From: an uncultured delta proteobacterium
Lineage (GTDB): Bacteria > Myxococcota_A > Polyangia > Polyangiales > JAFGIB01
Length of the DNA stretch: 64,000 bases
Direction: 5' to 3'
NCBI GenBank assembly: GCA_963778655.1
Contig: CAVZVA010000003.1
Location: forward strand, 832,001 to 896,000
The notes under the pieces were generated by a model. That model had not been told where the DNA came from. It made no database searches and was given only the letters and a program-made list of their open reading frames with translations. Positions within the stretch are counted from its first letter, which is position 1, and each line of letters begins with the position of its first letter. Position numbers and translations under genes: made by a program. Shown here piece by piece: positions 56,673 to 64,000 of this stretch.

Positions 56673-57232
56673 GACGCGGCCTCCCCCTGCAAGCGCAAGC
56701 CGCACTTCTTGCAGAACACCGCGTCGGGCTCGTTGCGGGTGGCGCATTGCGGGCAGGCCGTGCGCGATGCCGCGGGCTCGGAAGCCGGGGACGGCGCGAC
56801 GGCCGGTATCGACGCGCCGGTGGCGGGCGCGGCGGCGGGCTGGGATGCGGCTTCGCTGGCGCCGGCGGCGGGCGCCGCGGCCAGCGCGTCCTGCAACAGC
56901 TTTCGGGCGCGCTCGCGGTGGGGCGCGATCTGCTCGTCGAGCGCGCGCAAGACCTCGCGCGCACGGCCGCGGTAGCGCTGCTCGAGCTGGCTGAAGTCGG
57001 CATCCGAGACCTTGCCCAGCTCGTGCTCGGAGCGCACGTCGCGGATCGCGGTCAGCAGCTCCTGCTTCTCGCGCAGCAGCGCGACGCGCGCGGCGTTGCG
57101 GGGCCCGCCCGGCGCCAGCGCGGACGGCTCGCGTACCAGCAGCACGCGCAAGCTCTGCCACAGCGCGAGCAGGACGAGCGACAGGCAGAGCCCGGCCGCC
57201 ACCACGAAGAAGATCGGCAGAACATCAGCCAT
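56669..57232 (-). CDS. Membrane zinc-ribbon protein (CcmI-like N-terminus)
   Basis: N-terminal TM, IRDV..EHELGKVSDADF..L...YR, C-terminal CPQC...FCKKCG. Confidence 0.75.
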   Translation of the reverse strand: MADVLPIFFVVAAGLCLSLVLLALWQSLRVLLVREPSALAPGGPRNAARVALLREKQELLTAIRDVRSEHELGKVSDADFSQLEQRYRGRAREVLRALDEQIAPHRERARKLLQDALAAAPAAGASEAASQPAAAPATGASIPAVAPSPASEPAASRTACPQCATRNEPDAVFCKKCGLRLQGEAAS

Positions 57233-57253
57233 CGTCGCCGCCGGGCCCGCGCC

Positions 57254-59869
<2,616 letters not shown>

Positions 59870-60046
59870 GCCCTACACCCTCTAGGGCAGGTCGGCGCTC
59901 AAAGCAAGGGTCAGCTGGCCGGGACGCCCGCGCGCCCCGCCCGCGGGCGCCGATCGCCGCCGGCACGGCCGCGTCCGACGCGCCGTGGCGAGGCCGCGTT
60001 CACCCCGGGCCTGGCCATCTCGCGCCCATGGTTTATGGTTGGGCCC

Positions 60047-61090
60047 ATGATCGCCCCGCGAAGCCACGCTGTGGGCAAGCAGCGCACGGGTCGCGGCGTG
60101 CAGCTGCTGCGGCCCGAGCCGCTCGCGCAGTCGGAGCACGCGCGCTTCGAGCGCGACGTGCACGAGGGGCTGAGCAGCGAGCCCAAGACCCTCCCGTCGA
60201 TGTACTTCTACGACGATCGGGGCAGCGAGCTGTTTCGCCGTATCATGGACCTCCCCGAGTACTACCTGACGCGGACCGAACGCGAGATCCTGGAGCTGTG
60301 CGGGCCCCGGCTGCTCGGGCCGCTGCGCGCCGGTCCCTGCGACGTGATCGACCTCGGGGCGGGCGACGGGGTCAAGGCGCGCATCTTGCTCGAGCACCTG
60401 CGCCGCGCGGGCGGCGAGCCGCGCTACTTGCCGATCGATGTCTCCGAGCACGCGCTGTGCACGGTGCTCGAGGCCTGCGGGCAAGAGCTGCCGTGGCTGC
60501 CGGCCGAGGGCGTAGTGGCCGAGTACGCGCAGGGCATCCGCTGGCTCGCCGCGCGCGACGGCGCGCGACCGCGGCTGGTGCTGATGCTGGGCTCGAATAT
60601 CGGCAACCTGAGCGTGGAAGCGGCGCCGGCCTTCCTGAGCTCGCTGCGCGCCGCGCTACGCACGGGCGACCACGTGCTGATCGGCTTCGACCTGCTCAAG
60701 GACGTGGCCGTGCTGCAGCGCGCTTACGCCGACTCGGCAGGCGTGACCGCGGAGTTCAATCTGAACCTGCTGCGGCGCATCAACCGCGAGCTCGACGCCG
60801 ACTTCGACCCCTCGGCGTTTCGGCACTTCGCCGCCTTCGCGCCACTGCGGAGCCAGATGGAGAGCTATCTGTTGAGCCTGCGCCGCCAGCGCGTTCGGGT
60901 CGGCCGCCACAGCTACGAGCTGCAGGCCTGGGAGCCGATCCACACCGAGATCTCGCGCAAGTACCGGCCGGCCGAGGTGCGCGCGCTGGGGCTGGAGGCG
61001 GGCTTCGAGCAGGTGGCGGAGCAGACCGACGAGCGGCACGCGTTCCTGGACGTGCTGTGGCGCGTACCGGAGACCGCAGAGGCGCAATGA
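60047..61090 (+). CDS. egtD: L-histidine N-alpha-methyltransferase
   Basis: PKTLPSMYFYDDRGSELF, LPEYYLTRTE, DLGAG, GSNIGN, GVTAEFNLN, IHTEISRKY. Confidence 0.92.
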   Translation: MIAPRSHAVGKQRTGRGVQLLRPEPLAQSEHARFERDVHEGLSSEPKTLPSMYFYDDRGSELFRRIMDLPEYYLTRTEREILELCGPRLLGPLRAGPCDVIDLGAGDGVKARILLEHLRRAGGEPRYLPIDVSEHALCTVLEACGQELPWLPAEGVVAEYAQGIRWLAARDGARPRLVLMLGSNIGNLSVEAAPAFLSSLRAALRTGDHVLIGFDLLKDVAVLQRAYADSAGVTAEFNLNLLRRINRELDADFDPSAFRHFAAFAPLRSQMESYLLSLRRQRVRVGRHSYELQAWEPIHTEISRKYRPAEVRALGLEAGFEQVAEQTDERHAFLDVLWRVPETAEAQ

Positions 61091-62355
61091 GCGCGCACGC
61101 CGGGCGAGCGTCGGCGCTGAACGAACGGGCGGGCGAGCTCGCTGCCCGCCTTTTCGAAGTACGCGCCTTCACGCAGCGGCTGTGCGCGCCGCTCGCGATC
61201 GAGGACTACGGCCTGCAGTCGATGGCGGATACGAGCCCGGCCAAGTGGCACCTGGCGCACACCAGCTGGTTCTTCGAGACGCTGGTGCTCGGCCCGCACG
61301 CGCCCGGCCACCGGCCCTACCACGAGGGCTGGCAGGTCCTGTTCAACTCCTATTACGAGAGCCTGGGCCCGCGGCAGCCGCGACCGCAGCGCGGGCTGCT
61401 CAGCCGGCCGCGGGTGGCCGAGGTCTACGCCTACCGCGCCGCGGTGGACGAGCAGCTGCGGGCGCTGCTGGCGGACGAGGGCGCACACAGCGATGCGCTG
61501 CTCGATTTGGTCGAGCTGGGGCTCAACCACGAGCAGCAGCATCAGGAGCTGTTGCTGACCGATCTCCAACACGGGTTTTCGTGCAACCCGCTGCTGCCGG
61601 CCTACCACGAGGGATCGGCGCCCGCGCAGGCCGAGGGGGCATGCGGCGGCAGGCTGATCGAGCACGAGGGCGGGCTGTGCACGATCGGACACGACGGGAC
61701 GGATTTCGCCTTCGACAACGAGGTGCCGGCGCACCGCGTGTATCTCGAGCCGTTCGCGCTCGACGCAAGCCTGATCACGTGCGGCCAGTACCAGGAGTTC
61801 ATCGCGGACGGGGGCTACCGCCGCGCCGAGCTGTGGCTGTCGGACGGCTGGGACGCGCTACGCGCGCAGGGCTGGGAAGCGCCGCTGTACTGGCGCCTGC
61901 GCGACGGGGAATGGCGGCGCTTCTCGCTGTACGGCGAGATCGCGGTCGATCCGCAAACGCCCGTGTGTCACGTGAGCTTCTATGAGGCCGACGCGTTTGC
62001 GCGCTGGGCGGGCCGGCGGCTGCCGAGCGAGCAAGAGTGGGAGATGGTGGCGGGTGCGCACGGGGCGGGCGGGCAGTTCGTGGAGGACGGGCTGCTCTTG
62101 CCGGTGGCGCGCGGGGGTGAGCGCAGCCTGCTCGGCGGCGCCTGGGTGTGGACGCGCAGCGCGTACGAGCCGTACCCAGGGTTTCGGGCATGCGAGGGAG
62201 CGCTGGGCGAGTACAACGCGAAGTTCATGCTCAATCAGATGGTGCTGCGCGGGGGCTCGTGCTTTTCGCCGCGGGGCCATGTACGAGCGACCTACCGCAA
62301 CTTCTTTCCGCCGCACGCGCGCTGGCAGGTGACGGGAATTCGACTGGCGAGCTAG
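61087..62355 (+). CDS. egtB: Ergothioneine sulfoxide synthase
   Basis: SPAKWHLAHTSWFFE, FNSYYE, HEQQHQE iron motif, FGE-like domain, GEYNAKF, RATYRNFF; ATGA overlap with egtD. Confidence 0.92.
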   Translation: MSAHAGRASALNERAGELAARLFEVRAFTQRLCAPLAIEDYGLQSMADTSPAKWHLAHTSWFFETLVLGPHAPGHRPYHEGWQVLFNSYYESLGPRQPRPQRGLLSRPRVAEVYAYRAAVDEQLRALLADEGAHSDALLDLVELGLNHEQQHQELLLTDLQHGFSCNPLLPAYHEGSAPAQAEGACGGRLIEHEGGLCTIGHDGTDFAFDNEVPAHRVYLEPFALDASLITCGQYQEFIADGGYRRAELWLSDGWDALRAQGWEAPLYWRLRDGEWRRFSLYGEIAVDPQTPVCHVSFYEADAFARWAGRRLPSEQEWEMVAGAHGAGGQFVEDGLLLPVARGGERSLLGGAWVWTRSAYEPYPGFRACEGALGEYNAKFMLNQMVLRGGSCFSPRGHVRATYRNFFPPHARWQVTGIRLAS

Positions 62356-62390
62356 TTCTCGAAATGCAGCCTCCCTGGCACCAAGAGAGC

Positions 62391-62405
62391 CACAGGAAGG
62401 CGGGA
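62391..62405. repeat. Palindromic repeat family A, single arm
   Basis: CACAGGAAGGCGGGA identical to the arm start of copies 1 and 6. Confidence 0.5.
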
Positions 62406-62441
62406 TCCTCCGAAGCGCCATTTCTGGACGAGCCCCCCCCG

Positions 62442-62900
62442 CTACAGTCTCAGGCCGCGGGGGACCAGGTAGCGTTCGCACAGCTCGAACAGGCCTTGGA
62501 CCAGGAGGGCGAGCAGCGCGGCGGGGATGGCGCCGCTGAGGATCAGGGCCTGGTCGTCGAGGCGGATGCCGGTGAGGATGGGCTCGCCGTAGCCGCCGGC
62601 GCCGATCAGCGCGCCCAGCGTGGCGGTGCCGACGTTGATCACCGCGGAGGTCTTGATGCCCGCGAGAATCGAGGGCGTGGCCAGCGGCAGCTCGATGCGG
62701 AAGAAGCGCGCCCGCGGCGGCAGGCCCAGCGCCTGCGCGGACTCGCGCAGCCCCACTGGAATCCCGAGCAGGCCGGCGTGGGTGTTGCGCACGATCGGCA
62801 GCAGGCCGTACAGGAACAGCGCGCCGATCGCCGGCGCGGCGCCGATGCCGAGCAGCGGGATCATGAACACCAGCAGCGCCAGCGACGGAATCGTCTGCAG
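62442..62900 (-). pseudogene. 3' part of an osmoprotectant/ergothioneine-type ABC permease, 5'-truncated
   Basis: [24 protein letters not shown] (EAA loop), IELPLA, GAGGYG. Similarity ends abruptly at about 62900. Confidence 0.8.
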
Positions 62901-63168
62901 GTCCGCAACTCCCACCACAACTCCGCCCAACCCCTTTGGAGGCAGCACCCCGCCGCCAATCGTCATAAATGATTCGTTTGGAACGCCACCAAAGAGCCCC
63001 GTCAACCTGCTTGGTGAAGTTGAGAAGTGGGGCATTGGTGCCGCGACGACAGTGAGCAACATAAACATCAATGTCTCTCAAATGACAGGTGCCCAACTGA
63101 CCGAGATGTTCAAGAAGCTGCCGGACGGCGTGACGTATGCATTCAACTTGGAGAAGGTGAAGCAATGA
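62901..63168 (+). other. C-terminal fragment of a foreign gene, resembling DUF499-family ATPase C-termini
   Basis: Lower [20 protein letters not shown]...TGAQLTEMFKKLPDGVTYAFNLEK*, with ATGA overlap into the next gene. Family call from memory only. Confidence 0.4.
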
Positions 63169-64000
63169 CCGCCGACCGCGACCCGAGACTCGATGCTCGT
63201 CCTGACCGCGTCGCCTGCAAAGGAGGCGTGGCGGGCCATCTTCGAGAAGCTTTGGGAAATCTTCTCCGCCCCATTGACGCTGCAGCACGCCGAACAAGAA
63301 ATTGCAGACCGTGAGCGCAAGGTCGGCGAAATGGAACTTGTTGCTTTCCGGTTCAGCGTGGGAACTCTGGCGTGAATTTCGAAGGCTCCGTGCCACGCAC
63401 TGCACAATCCGTGATTGATTTCTGGAACGGCTCACAGGTGGCAAGGCAGTTCTGATTCTCGACGCATTGTCTTTGCGCGAGTTGCCGTGGCTGCTTCAAG
63501 AAGCCAAGCGGCGTGGCTATCAGATTCAACAGGCTGGACGTTCGCGGCTCGGAATTCCGAGCGACACAACACCATTTGCCAAGGCGCTTGGCTTCGGGCA
63601 GCGTTCGTCGCTGGAAAACAACGGCGCTGGAGTTCACGCATGCAACTTCCCGGCGCACGCACCGAAAGCATGAGCGCTGCATGGGACTACTGCCTCGACT
63701 GGATTGCGTCCGCGCCTGCCATCGTGCTTTGGCATCATTGGCCTGATGACCGCATTCACCAACTTTCCGAGCCGGGTGATGGTTTCAAAAGCTCTGCCGT
63801 GAGGCCGCGCAACAACTGACCTCTGATTCCTTCTGGAGATGATTGAGCGGATGACAACGGGACGCCGCATGGTTATCACCAGCGACCATGGCTATGCTGC
63901 GTCTGGCATGTTCACGGACGTGGCCAACAAGGAGCAGGCCAACTGGCTCAAGACGAACTTTCGGTAGCAAGCCGGTTCTACATGCGGCCCCGGTACTGCC
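63165..64000 (+). pseudogene. Multiply frameshifted PglZ-like (alkaline phosphatase superfamily) gene
   Basis: Stitching frames gives KAVLILDALSLRE (about 63445-63481) and RRMVITSDHGY (about 63863-63895), the two PglZ-type metal motifs. Confidence 0.6.

Noticed and set aside
62895..62900. PstI site (CTGCAG) at the junction as a cloning scar
   Set aside because: CTGCAG is very common in this sequence and encodes the expected LQ; no vector sequence is seen.
61858..63444. 528-aa minus-strand ORF crossing the junction
   Set aside because: Low-complexity Arg/Ala translation overlapping egtB and the permease; spurious.

Overview
GC-rich (about 70% by eye) chromosomal segment, most likely from a Polyangia-type myxobacterium (Myxococcota). 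The basis is the Glt/Nfs-like envelope genes, giant Ser/Thr kinase-TPR proteins and lineage-type insertions in S12, L17 and EF-Tu. Left to right it holds: (1) the 5' part of a Glt/Nfs-like envelope operon (OM beta-barrel, unknown secreted protein, GltC-like, GltD-like); (2) cysK, a GAF/HD-GYP protein, phoH, a 2022-aa EAD-like/kinase/TPR protein, a 2Fe-2S ferredoxin, TPR genes, bamD, queD, an acyltransferase, a beta-propeller protein, a Nit-family amidase, bcp and an aspartate kinase; (3) the str-S10-spc-alpha ribosomal superoperon (28441-47442, minus strand); (4) a kinase cassette, tRNA-Gln(TTG), a beta-helix lipoprotein, pabB-like, tlyA, ssb, a ccmF-ccmH fusion cluster and egtD-egtB; (5) an ABC permease cut at about 62900 by lower-GC, frameshift-ridden DNA resembling a DUF499/PglZ (BREX-related) locus, probably a chimeric or low-quality tail. 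The main observations are: rplC is absent from the S10 operon and replaced by a 36-codon coupled ORF; a covarying two-hairpin element sits directly upstream of rpsG, rplD and rpsD; a second dispersed palindrome family with 9-nt periodicity has about 8 copies; IF-1 is strongly divergent; and EF-Tu has a non-canonical switch I. All family assignments come from motif recognition by eye; no searches were run.
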